Source: Bacteroidales bacterium (GTDB lineage Bacteria > Bacteroidota > Bacteroidia > Bacteroidales > WCHB1-69). Taken from it: DNA of 64,000 nucleotides. Positions 46,601 through 56,500 of the stretch are shown here, in pieces (positions within the stretch are counted from its first letter, which is position 1; the number at the start of each line of letters is the position of its first letter). The stretch covers positions 27,794 through 91,793 of the forward strand of contig JAEETJ010000009.1 of assembly GCA_016290295.1 (NCBI GenBank), written 5' to 3'. Under the pieces are notes generated by a model. It was not told the origin of the DNA and searched no databases. It worked only from the letters and a program-made list of their open reading frames with translations. The translations under genes were made by a program, and so were the position numbers.

Positions 46601-47225
46601 AATATTCATGAAAATCCATTTCGGCGGGATTGCTGCCGTTATGTTGCTGGTTGTCAAATATTTCTGTTTTGTAGGGCACGTAATGACTGCCATCATATTT
46701 CATGACTTTTACTGTATAAGGCATCTTGCCTCCTGTGATTCTCATTTGCACAATCCCTGTTGCTATGCAGGGTAAGCTGCGTACGATGCCAAATCTGTTT
46801 TCAAGCGTGAATTCTTGATTTAAAATACCCACATTGGGTTCGGTGTAGGAAGTGTTAATGTTTAATTCAAGTGTATCATATACAATAATATTAGCTCCGA
46901 CACCAGGCTCCCCGGTATGATGCAATGCACTGACTATTCCTGTGTAATGTCCAGGAGGTAAGTTGCTGAAAACAGGAGAGATAGAATTCTCATTGCTGAT
47001 GCTGTTTAGGGGTGAGAATAAGGTATACCGAATGTTAAACGTGTCCAGTTGACAATCCGCGGATTTTGTTAATTTAAATGTAATTTTTCCGTCGTTAAGA
47101 CAAGTACAGTGTTGTATGTCCGCACTAAGCTGAATTTCACAATTATTTTGCGAAAAACCTACTGAAATCATTCCTATCAGGAATACCAAAAACAATGCAA
47201 TAGCGTAATGAATGTTTGCCTTCAT
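43650..47225 (-). CDS. Large (1191 aa) secreted protein with a C-terminal FISUMP domain
   Basis: Signal/anchor N-terminus. The C-terminus contains YNGNTYPAIRINKYCWTIENL, GRLYDW, CPDGWLLPTAEDF, GFTSLPAG and a GYSVRCIKKE end. Confidence 0.7.
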   Translation of the reverse strand: MKANIHYAIALFLVFLIGMISVGFSQNNCEIQLSADIQHCTCLNDGKITFKLTKSADCQLDTFNIRYTLFSPLNSISNENSISPVFSNLPPGHYTGIVSALHHTGEPGVGANIIVYDTLELNINTSYTEPNVGILNQEFTLENRFGIVRSLPCIATGIVQMRITGGKMPYTVKVMKYDGSHYVPYKTEIFDNQQHNGSNPAEMDFHEYYNVDSLAAGNYRLTFSDACGYTLPDYEVQILSTPNIESTGSLTDYANNDNGNNHNNIYVNHLTISNANSHFARNAAYYILQQQDSGKVYWQYRWIDPALNGHEADTSEWKNVIFGRTEHSINAAEKYCDLWGHELKLQILDTKCHGQISYTVTLQKPNTTFHYNTRTKNYPELSYSYTDSCGRHILDVKKTYYDNDFYPYNDYNRLFTSRIDGNRNVRYFIIDVAEDTIISQGITGTYSGDLSYQYSFEFDSIYHGKTAKFKVLDAMNCIIDEKDITVSSEPIETISNSTFNIYGLVETANYCGYSKFTQYYTFSTGLSDLDTFQITESPGQFSNISMVYKEDLHQWIRLDSNNNISISNHHGDLAIENMLAMGKFTFRYVSGCYTTEKNQNFRNNNYGIGKYYVPEPAVYQIEPTCTGLRIIPLAGYYKQHGFNQYTNEPTITTARAVFRVYGNPSLPNKITGYYQLGDTIDISLEGNIRIEMCDEYNYTNAEHLCHFRDTIVKVLKQPLQYDYFYSYCCQIGDTASTVRTRAKGGIPPYLYTIHDKYGNLLDSNHVGDFYQLPLPHHDTVYLKVTDQCGTSFIYKGQVIEQQLIKKVWFDDGSAYKTLADSSWCQLFAITLDEIDYHWDGPHDFSSNEQNPQFFIPVDSNMSGKYYLSIQDSVCGLIKDSLMLKVITKSYVPELIWIEDSICSGQDYDKHGFHITSSPSEERRIYYDTLVSLMDDSTFLKLTILPVYRQLHPDSVITPFDEYHYAGLTLTDTGLYEIKLKTACGCDSIVYLHLMFTKYLPCPDAVDYNGNTYPAIRINKYCWTIENLKSTNYSDGRPIEQIYEYHAYEFPNTAENVNIFGRLYDWFAAIDTGSHSTPDANGNVQGICPDGWLLPTAEDFAELHTFTVKQLRSPLYWLYEPGTNESGFTSLPAGFYDAFMHRYSNLLGETYYWSTPKPDLQVIAIQLFGDCLQECQNLSGCNGYSVRCIKKE

Positions 47226-47269
47226 AATTTTTTACTTTTTATTTCGTTTAATCTAAAACCGTACGTTGG

Positions 47270-47277
47270 CAAAAATA
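47270..47277 (-). promoter_or_regulatory. Bacteroidota -7 box
   Basis: Reverse complement TATTTTTG, 45 nt upstream of start 47225. Confidence 0.45.
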
Positions 47278-47448
47278 CAAATAGTTTTGAAAATAACAAT
47301 AAAAAAATAAATATGTATTTACATTAACTTTTATTTTTGTTAACAGAATTTGTAAGGTGTGATAGGTCAGGATTTTTTGATAGTATTATTCACAAATCCC
47401 TGTTAGCTAATAAAATGAATTTAAGAATTTTTACGATAGGATATTCAT

Positions 47449-47456
47449 TAAATTTG
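47449..47456 (+). promoter_or_regulatory. Bacteroidota -7 box
   Basis: TAAATTTG, 20 nt before ATG 47476. Confidence 0.45.
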
Positions 47457-47475
47457 CAATTCGTATTATGTTAAT

Positions 47476-48984
47476 ATGGAAAAAATAATCATTGTCATTG
47501 CATTTATCGTTATTTTTCTGCTGCCGTTTGGCTATGCACAGGAAAACATTGACCCCAATGGCTATAATGTATTCTACTATCCGAATGGACAGAAGTCGAG
47601 TGAGGGTTTGCTCAAAGACGGGCAACCTGAAGGCTGGTGGAAATCCTATAACGAACAAGGTGTTTTGGTGTCGGAAGGAAACCGAAAGAACCATCAGCTG
47701 GACAGCACTTGGACATTTTACAACGACAAAGGTGATAAAACGCTGGTTGTCAATTTTAAGAATGGTATCAAGGATGGAGATAAAATTCAATATTTTGATA
47801 ATGAATATGTGGTTGAACACTGGCAATCCGATACCATAAAGGGCGATGTGATTACTTATCATGTAGATGGTTGGCTGAAGAAAAAAACTCCTTATGAGGC
47901 GGGTGTGCCTCATGGCATGGAGAAAGAGTTCAATGACACGGGACTTGTGGTGGCCGTAGCCAATTATTACAGGGGTGTCCTTACCCGTCGCGAGAGGATT
48001 AACAGAACGGATAATTTCGGCTATAAACAAGGCAATTGGAAGTATTTCTGGCCGAATGGCAACTTGCAAATGGAGGTGACCTACCTGAATGGGAAAATAC
48101 ATGGTTTTCTTAAACGCTATGATGAGAATGGCAATTTTTTGTCTGTCGAGAAATATAATCATGACCAGTTGGTGGCAGATGCCAAGGAAACCAAGCAATT
48201 AGACAGAAAAGTGGCCTATCATTCCAATGGTCAGCCCTCGATTATCGCCACTTATTACAAGGGCGTTCCGGAAGGCTTCCGCCGTGAGTTTGACGAGGAC
48301 GGTAAGGTGGTTAGAAGTTACGGCTATGAAGAAGGCTGGATGCGTTATGAGGGAGTGCTGGATATGAACGGCTTGCGCCAGGGTGTGTGGAAGGAATATT
48401 ACAAGACTGGAGAACTTAGGTCACAAGGGAAATATGTGAATTCCAATCCTGTGGGACAGTGGAAATACTATTTCACGGATAAAACCGTTGAAATAGAAGG
48501 CGGCTACGATCAGAAAGGAAGAAAAACCGGTGATTGGTTGTGGTATTACGCCAATGGGGATACCATGATTTCGGCTCATTATGAGGCGGGTGAACTGGAT
48601 GGCGAATACGTGGAATACGATGAACAGGGCAGGGTGGTGTCAAAAGGCAATTATTTGGAAGGCACCGAGGATGGACAATGGACTTATTACAATGGCGATT
48701 ATTCGGAAAAAGGCAGCTACTATGACGGTATGCGTACAGGGGAATGGGTTACCCGTTATCCGAATGGTAAAGCCGCTTTTGTGATTCATTATGAACAAGA
48801 TGTGATGCATGGAAAATATACTTCTTACTGGGAAAACGGAAGAGTGAAATTGACAGGCCGCTATGTGAGTGGTCTGCGTGACGGGGCCTGGTTCAAGTAT
48901 AACGAGGAAGGAGAACTTTTTTTAACTACATTGTACAAAGATGGTAAAGAAATTAAATGGAATACTTACGAGATTAAAGATTGA
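47476..48984 (+). CDS. MORN-repeat-variant / YwqK-like repeat protein
   Basis: Signal peptide and about 15 or more repeats of the type Y(Y/F)xNG.....G....G...G.W..Y. Confidence 0.75.
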   Translation: MEKIIIVIAFIVIFLLPFGYAQENIDPNGYNVFYYPNGQKSSEGLLKDGQPEGWWKSYNEQGVLVSEGNRKNHQLDSTWTFYNDKGDKTLVVNFKNGIKDGDKIQYFDNEYVVEHWQSDTIKGDVITYHVDGWLKKKTPYEAGVPHGMEKEFNDTGLVVAVANYYRGVLTRRERINRTDNFGYKQGNWKYFWPNGNLQMEVTYLNGKIHGFLKRYDENGNFLSVEKYNHDQLVADAKETKQLDRKVAYHSNGQPSIIATYYKGVPEGFRREFDEDGKVVRSYGYEEGWMRYEGVLDMNGLRQGVWKEYYKTGELRSQGKYVNSNPVGQWKYYFTDKTVEIEGGYDQKGRKTGDWLWYYANGDTMISAHYEAGELDGEYVEYDEQGRVVSKGNYLEGTEDGQWTYYNGDYSEKGSYYDGMRTGEWVTRYPNGKAAFVIHYEQDVMHGKYTSYWENGRVKLTGRYVSGLRDGAWFKYNEEGELFLTTLYKDGKEIKWNTYEIKD

Positions 48985-50542
48985 TAATCAATATTATATC
49001 CTTTCCTTGGCCCTGCTGTTGACGCTGGGCTTGTGGCTGTGTGGACTGCCATTGGCGGCACAGGAAAATGAGCCGATGGACAGCTTAACAGAAGTTGCTG
49101 TAAAAAACAGTCTGGATGAACAGAGTGCCAAGATGGATGAGATGCTCCACCTGTGGTATGTGCAGCGCGAGATTATTAGCGCTAACAGCGTGTTGGCAGA
49201 GCTGACGGATGATACAACAAACTTCTGCCACAATGATTCCTTGATGGCTGACAGATTGTCGAAGATTGTGACCGTTGTCCCCTTGGCATACAATGACAAA
49301 GTGGGCAGCTTTATTGAGCTGTATTCTATTCGCAGAAAGAAATCTTCGGCAGCTATGCTGGGTTTGGCACAGTATTATTTTCCTTGGATGCAGGCCATTT
49401 TTGACAAATATAATGTGCCGGAAGAACTGATTTATCTGACGATTATTGAATCGGGCTTGAATCCGTTAGCGGTTTCCAAAGCAGGTGCTACAGGCATCTG
49501 GCAGTTTATGTACCAGACGGGCAAATTGTATGGTTTGGAGGTGAACACTTTTGTAGATGATCGTCGCGACCCCTACAAGGCTACGGATGCAGCAGCAAGG
49601 CATTTAAGGGACTTGTATAATATGTTCGGCGACTGGGGTTTGGCCATCTCGGCTTACAATTGTGGGGCTGGCAATGTGCGAAAGGCTATCGCACGTTCGG
49701 GAGGCAAGCAGACTTTCTGGCAGGTAAGTCCATATCTACCACGCGAGACGCAAAATTATTTTCCGCTGTATATCGGTGCTTTATACCTGATGAAATACCA
49801 TAATGATTATGGCATTCAGGCAGCGAAAATTGCCATTCCCAGTGCGGTAGATACTGTCATGGTTAACAAGGAAATGCATCTGGAACAGGTTTCAAGAGTG
49901 TTGAATATCGATTTGGATGAGCTGAAAATCCTGAATCCGCAATACAAACGACTGATTATTCCGGCTTATTCAAAACCTTATCCCATCAGACTGAGGGTGA
50001 CGGATATGCTGCGTTTTATTGAATTGCAGGATTCAATCCATAATTATCACTATGATGAATATTTCACTCCGATGAAAGTTTATACCAGCCAATTTACTGG
50101 CAAGCCGTTGGCCGAGGGTGAAAGCAAAAAGATTTATTATTATGTGAAAAGTGGTGATAACCTTTCGAAGATTGCCGCTAAATACCATTTGTCAGTTGCG
50201 GAATTGAAGAAAATGAACAAGTTGAGTAGCAATAGTGTCAAGGTAAAACAGCGTCTGTTGGTGGGTTACGAGTATGTGGCCCCAGCAAAACCTGCGGTAC
50301 AAGTGGAGCTGCCTCTTGTGTCGGATACATTGGTGGCACAGGATTCCACGGCCAACATGCTTCAAGCCCCGGAAATCAAGGAAGAACCCTCCACACCAGT
50401 GGTCTATTATGTAAAAAAAGGTGACACGATGACATCCATTGCCAATCGTTATCATACTACAGCTCGAAAAATTGCGGATTACAATAAAATCAGCAATATG
50501 AATGCCTTGAAGGTGGGGCAGAAATTGGTGATACCAAGGTGA
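48941..50542 (+). CDS. Lytic transglycosylase (SLT domain) with two C-terminal LysM domains (MltD-like)
   Basis: IIESGLNPLAVSKAGATGIWQFM and AYNCGAGNV, plus two LysM units (YYVKSGDNLSKIAAKYHLSVAELKKMN and YYVKKGDTMTSIANRYHTTARKIADYN). The annotated ATG overlaps the upstream gene by 44 nt, so the start is uncertain. Confidence 0.8.
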   Translation: MVKKLNGILTRLKIDNQYYILSLALLLTLGLWLCGLPLAAQENEPMDSLTEVAVKNSLDEQSAKMDEMLHLWYVQREIISANSVLAELTDDTTNFCHNDSLMADRLSKIVTVVPLAYNDKVGSFIELYSIRRKKSSAAMLGLAQYYFPWMQAIFDKYNVPEELIYLTIIESGLNPLAVSKAGATGIWQFMYQTGKLYGLEVNTFVDDRRDPYKATDAAARHLRDLYNMFGDWGLAISAYNCGAGNVRKAIARSGGKQTFWQVSPYLPRETQNYFPLYIGALYLMKYHNDYGIQAAKIAIPSAVDTVMVNKEMHLEQVSRVLNIDLDELKILNPQYKRLIIPAYSKPYPIRLRVTDMLRFIELQDSIHNYHYDEYFTPMKVYTSQFTGKPLAEGESKKIYYYVKSGDNLSKIAAKYHLSVAELKKMNKLSSNSVKVKQRLLVGYEYVAPAKPAVQVELPLVSDTLVAQDSTANMLQAPEIKEEPSTPVVYYVKKGDTMTSIANRYHTTARKIADYNKISNMNALKVGQKLVIPR

Positions 50543-50559
50543 TTTTTAAAATTTTATCG

Positions 50560-50567
50560 TATTTTTG
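50560..50567 (+). promoter_or_regulatory. Bacteroidota -7 box for the giant gene
   Basis: TATTTTTG, 33 nt before ATG 50600. Confidence 0.45.
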
Positions 50568-50599
50568 TCTTTTGTATTATTATACCTTAAAAAGGCGAA

Positions 50600-53500
50600 A
50601 TGCTGATGAGACGTGGTGTCATATTGCTGATATTCAGTTTGTTTCTGCTTCCAATTGCGTTGCAGGGACAAAGTTGCAATATGCAAAATGGCAGTACTGT
50701 AACGCTTCCGCTTTCATGTCCTCAAAGTGTGTTTTTTTATGATCCTCCCGATCCTCCTGGTGATTGTGATTTTCAGTTAACGGAGAATGATTCTTTGATA
50801 ACTCATGTTAGTTATAATGCTCCTTTGTGTGAAGGTGATACCATGGTATTAACTTGCACGAATCCAATTGATGGGGTTACATACCATTGGTGGGGACCAG
50901 AAAATTGGTCTGCTACTACCACGGTGCCAATTGTGATGATTCCCAATGTAAGCATGGCTAATGCAGGCCAATATTTCTTATCGTTGATGGGAGCAGGTAT
51001 TACTGTTGATACGGCACATGTCAATGTTTTTGTTGCTGCACTTCCTGTAGTTACGCTGACTTCCAATCATGACACCATTTGTAGTCAAACTTCGGTGATA
51101 CTTACTGCCAACGTGGCGAATAACACTTTTGTCAGATATTTATGGTTGTCAGGTAATGTAAGTGATACAACAAATTCAGAAGAAAATCCTTTAGAGGTAA
51201 GTCCACAAACTACCACGACTTATCGTGTGATTGCTACTAATGAATGGGAATGTACGAGTTCCACAAGCAAAACAATTACTGTACGTCCTTTGTCTGATGT
51301 ATCTATATTAGGAGATTCCCTAATGTGTCTTGGAGATAGCATATTGTTAACAGCTTTGTTTGACAACTTTGATTGCAGTTGTCATTGGAATACAGGTGAC
51401 ACTTCACATGTAATATGGGTGTATCCGACAGAAGATGCTGATTATGAAGTAAGTGTGACTAATAATTATGGGTGTACATCCTCAGATACGAAACATGTCG
51501 ATGTTCTTTATGGTACTCATAATGTGTTGACAGAAAGGGCCTGTGAGGTTTATATATGGCATGACCAGACCTATGACACAACAGGTGTTTATACATACGC
51601 TTATACCAATGATGAAGGCTGTGCCAGTGTAGATACGTTGTATTTGTCTGTAAATCAAAATTTTCAGATTGATGAGAATCCTGTTATGGAGGACTCATGT
51701 ATAAATGGTCAGCTTGCTTTGGAAGCTTGCAATGGCAATCAAGTAACTCTGTCTGCACCGGAGGGATATGACAGTTACCGGTGGAACAATGGCAGTGCCT
51801 CGGCAACGGCTACCTATACGGTGAATGGTACAACCACGGCAAGTTGTCTGGTTTCCACTACGGATTGCGAACTAACCCTTATGGCCACGCTATTGACACA
51901 GAGCGGACAACCTGCAGTCAATAGTGTGATTTATGATACCATCTGCGAGGGTGAATGCTACACTGACAATTTTTATAATCTGCCACCACAGAATGAGATA
52001 GGGACACATGTGTTCAGTAATACTTTCTACAATGTCAATACTTGTTCTGGAGGCTGCCTCACTACAACCTTATATCTTACGGTGCAACAACATTTATACC
52101 ATATTTATGATACAGCTTGCGTAGGACAGAATTACAATATCTTTGGACTGCAATTGTCGGACTTGACAGTAGGGGAGCGTTTGATAAGTCGGGATTTTCA
52201 TAGAAATAATGGTTGCGACTCCAGTGTTACGCTACATTTGAAAGTAGAACCTCCATTCACTATCTCCAATACCATTACAGGTGATACTGCTGTGTGCCGT
52301 AATGGTTATGATACTTATATCTTGCCGAATGCTAATAATTTTGCCTCTTTTCACTGGAATGTGCCGGAAGGCGTAAATGTTATTGGTGGTCAGGAGACTC
52401 CTGTTGTGAGCCTGTCCTTTACGGATGAGGCATTCACTCCTGCCCATATTACAGTGATAGGTACCCACCTTTGTGGCATAGATAGTGTTTCGTTGAGTGT
52501 GACGCATTTTCCAGTATATGACATTGTTATTCAGGATAGTATCTGTATTGGTGACGAATACCACCGCTATGGTTTTGACTTGGCACAGCAGGATAGTGCA
52601 GGCTTGTTCACCTATACGAATAGCGGTACTACCATACATGGTTGCGATAGTGTTGTGACTCTGCAATTGAAGGTGAATCCGACATACGCAGTGAATGATT
52701 CCCTGACTATCTGTGCCAGTGAATTGCCATACACATGGAATGGGGTTTTGTTTACGGAAGCAGGCATACAAACGACCACTTTGCAGACGGTGAATGGCTG
52801 TGACAGCATGGTGACGATGACCTTGATCGTGAACCCGATCTACGCGGTGCCCGATTCTATGACGATTTGTGCCAGCGAACTGCCATACACCTGGAATGAG
52901 GTTGAATTCACGGCTGCAGGCACTCAAAATGTTACTTTGCAGACGATAAATGGCTGCGACAGTGTGGTGACAAAGGTCTTGACCGTGAACCCGATTTACG
53001 CGGTGCCCGATTCCATGATGATTTGTGCCAGCGAACTGCCATACACCTGGAATGATGTTGTGTTCACGGCTGCCGGCTCTCAAAATGTTACTTATCAGAC
53101 GGTGAATGGCTGTGACAGTGTGGTGACGATGGTCTTGACTGTGAACCCGACCTATGCGGTGCCCGATTCCATGATTGTTTGTGACACTGAACTTCCATAC
53201 ACCTGGAATGGGGTTGAATTCACGGCTGCTGGCACTCAAACGGCCACTTTGCAGACGATAAATGGCTGTGACAGCGTGGTAACAATGGTCTTGACAGTGA
53301 ACCCGACCTACGCGGTGCCTGATTCCATGACGATATGTGCCAGTGAATTGCCATACACATGGAATGAGGTTGAGTTTACTGAAGCTGGCATTCAAACGGC
53401 CACTTTGCAGACCGTGAATGGCTGTGACTCTGTAGTGGCAATGGTTTTGACCGTAAACCCAACCTATGCTGTATCCGATTCCATGACGATTTGTGACAGC

Positions 53501-56500
53501 GAACTGCCATACATCTGGAATGAGATTGAATTCATTGATGCTGGCACTCAAAATGTTACTCTGCAGACGATAAATGGCTGTGACAGTGTGGTGACGATGG
53601 TCTTGACCGTGAACCCAACCTATGCGGTACCTGATTCCATGATTATTTGTGACACTGAACTGCCATACACTTGGAATGAAGTTGAATTCACGGAAGCTGG
53701 TACACAAAATGTTACTTTGCAGACTGTAAATGGCTGTGACTCTGTGGTGACAATGGTCTTGACTGTGAACCCGACCTATGCGGTGCCCGATTCCATGACG
53801 ATTTGTGATAGTGAACTGCCATACACATGGAATGGGGTTGAATTCACTGCTGAAGGCACACAAACAGCCACTTTGCAGACAGTAAATGGCTGCGATAGCG
53901 TGGTAACGATGTTCTTGACCGTAAACCCGACCTATGTGGTGCCCGATTCCATGACAATATGTGCCAGCGAACTACCATACACTTGGAATGGGGTTGAATT
54001 CACGACTGCAGGCACACAAACAGCCACTTTGCAGACAGTAAATGGCTGTGACTCTGTGGTGACAATGGTTTTGACCGTTAACCCGACCTATGCAGTGCCC
54101 GATTCCATGACGATTTGTGACAGTGAACTGCCATATACCTGGAATGAGATTGAATTCACTGAAGCTGGCACGCAAACTGTTACACTGCAGACCGTGAATG
54201 GCTGTGACTCTGTGGTAACAATGGTCTTGACTGTGAACCCGACCTACGCGGTGCCTGATTCCATGACAATATGTGCCAGTGAACTGCCATACACCTGGAA
54301 TGGGGTTGAATTCACGGAAGCTGGCACTCAAACGGCCACTTTGCAGACAGTAAATGGCTGTGACTCTGTGGTGACAATGGTTTTAACCGTGAACCCGACC
54401 TACGCGGTGCCTGATTCCATGACGATATGTGCCAGTGAATTGCCATACACATGGAATGAGGTTGAGTTTACTGAAGCAGGCATACAAACAGCCACTTTGC
54501 AGACAGTAAATGGCTGTGACTCTGTGGTGACAATGGTATTGACCGTGAACCCGACCTATGCAGTGCCCGATTCTATAATCATTTGTGACATTGAATTACC
54601 ATATGTTTGGAATGAGGTTGAGTTTACTGAGGCTGGCACGCAAACTGTTACACTGCAGACCGTGAATGGCTGTGACTCTGTGGTAACAATGGTCTTGACT
54701 GTGAACCCGACCTACGCGGTATCCGATACTATGACTATTTGTGCCAACGGATTGCCATACATGTGGAATAACGTTGAATTTACTGAAGCTGGCACGCAAA
54801 CTGTTACACTACAGACCGTGAATGGTTGCGATAGCATTGTGACAATGACTTTGGTGGTGACGACAACATACATTGTCTCTGATGAACGAGATATTTGTGA
54901 CAACGAGTTGCCCTACCTATGGAATGAGGTTGAATTTACGGCGGCAGGTACACAAAATGTTACTTTGCAGGCGGTGAATGGCTGTGACAGTGTGGTAATA
55001 ATGTTTTTGACGGTGAATCCAATATACACAGTGCCAGATTCCATGACGATTTGTGACAGTGAATTGCCTTATATTTGGAACGAGGTTGAATTCACTGAAG
55101 CTGGCTCTCAAACGGTCACATTGCAGACGCTGAATGGCTGTGACTCTGTGGTGACAATGTTCTTGACTGTAAACCCGACCTACGCGGTGCCTGATTCCAT
55201 GACGATTTGTGACAGTGAACTGCCATACATCTGGAATGAGATTGAATTCATTGAAGCAGGTATACAAACAGCCACTTTGCAGACCGTGAATGGCTGTGAC
55301 TCTGTGGTGACAATGGTCTTGACCGTGAACCCGACTTACGCGGTACCCGATTCCATGACGATTTGTGCCAGTGAACTGCCATACACCTGGAATGAGATTG
55401 AATTCACTGAAGCTGGCACTCAAACGGCCACTTTGCAGACAGTAAATGGCTGTGACTCTGTGGTGACGATGGTTTTGACAGTGAACCTAACTTATGCGGT
55501 GCATGATTCCACGACGATATGTGCCAGTGAATTGCCATACACATGGAATGAGGTTGAGTTTACTGAAGAATGCACACAAACAGCCACTTTGCAGACCGTG
55601 AATGGCTGTGACTCTGTGGTGGCAATGGTTTTGACCGTGAACCCAACCTATGCTGTATCCGATTCCATGACGATATGTGACAGTGAACTGCCATACATCT
55701 GGAATGAGATTGAATTCATTGAAGCAGGTATACAGACAGCTACTTTGCAGACCGTGAATGGCTGTGACAGTGTGGTGACGATGGTCTTGACCGTGAACCA
55801 AACGGTGACTAATTTTGATGAACAAATCGTTTGCGACAGCCTCACTTGGTTGGATGGCATAACATATTACGCCAGCACAAATATTCCAACTTATACCTAT
55901 GTCGGTGGTGCTGCAAACGGCTGTGACTCCATCGTGACCTTGCATCTTATTGTAAATCAATCTTATATTATTGAGGATACGCTCACAATTTGTGAAAATG
56001 AACTGCCTTATACTTACGGTGATACTGTTTTTGGAATAGAAACCACTTCAATGTCAGTTCATTATATTCATAATTCAACGGCTTTGGCATGTGATAGTAT
56101 TACTTTATTGACGATAGAGCTTGTTCCTTCTTCTTATAACACATTGGATACCATTGTTTTGGAAAACGATCTTCCGCTGTGGATGAATGGTGTGGCCTAT
56201 TCAACGGATACCACATTTGCTCTGACTTTTGCAGGAGCGAATGATGCTGGCTGCGACAGTGTCGTAACAGTCCATATAAATGTTCTTTATAACGATATGG
56301 TCTATGTGGATACTACCATTTGTGACAATGATTTCCCATTTACATGGAATGGAGTGGTTTTCACTACAGCGTGTACGCAAAGTGTCGTATATACCGCCAC
56401 AAATGGTGTGGATAGTGTTGTGACGATGACGGTGAATTATAATCCGACCACATACGGCTTCATGGATACCACAGTCTTGCAGAATGACCTGCCCTTTGTG

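Noticed and set aside
47431-48198. 255-aa minus-strand ORF.
   Set aside because: It is antisense to the well-supported MORN/YwqK repeat gene, has hydrophobic, low-information composition, and has no promoter box.
48941-48984. 44-nt overlap between the YwqK-like gene and the MltD-like gene, as a programmed feature.
   Set aside because: It is more likely a start-codon assignment problem. Only one ATG is available, but in-frame TTG/CTG codons follow. There is no slippery sequence or other evidence.
52232-55960. Long minus-strand ORFs inside the giant gene (543 aa at 52232..53863, and others at 53972, 54596, 54917 and 55487).
   Set aside because: They are antisense to the 156-bp repeats. The same stop-free antisense frame is simply reiterated by the repeat. 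Their sequences are low-complexity (H/R/G/V-rich) with no start context or promoter, whereas the plus-strand frame has a signal peptide, a T9SS CTD and coherent domains.
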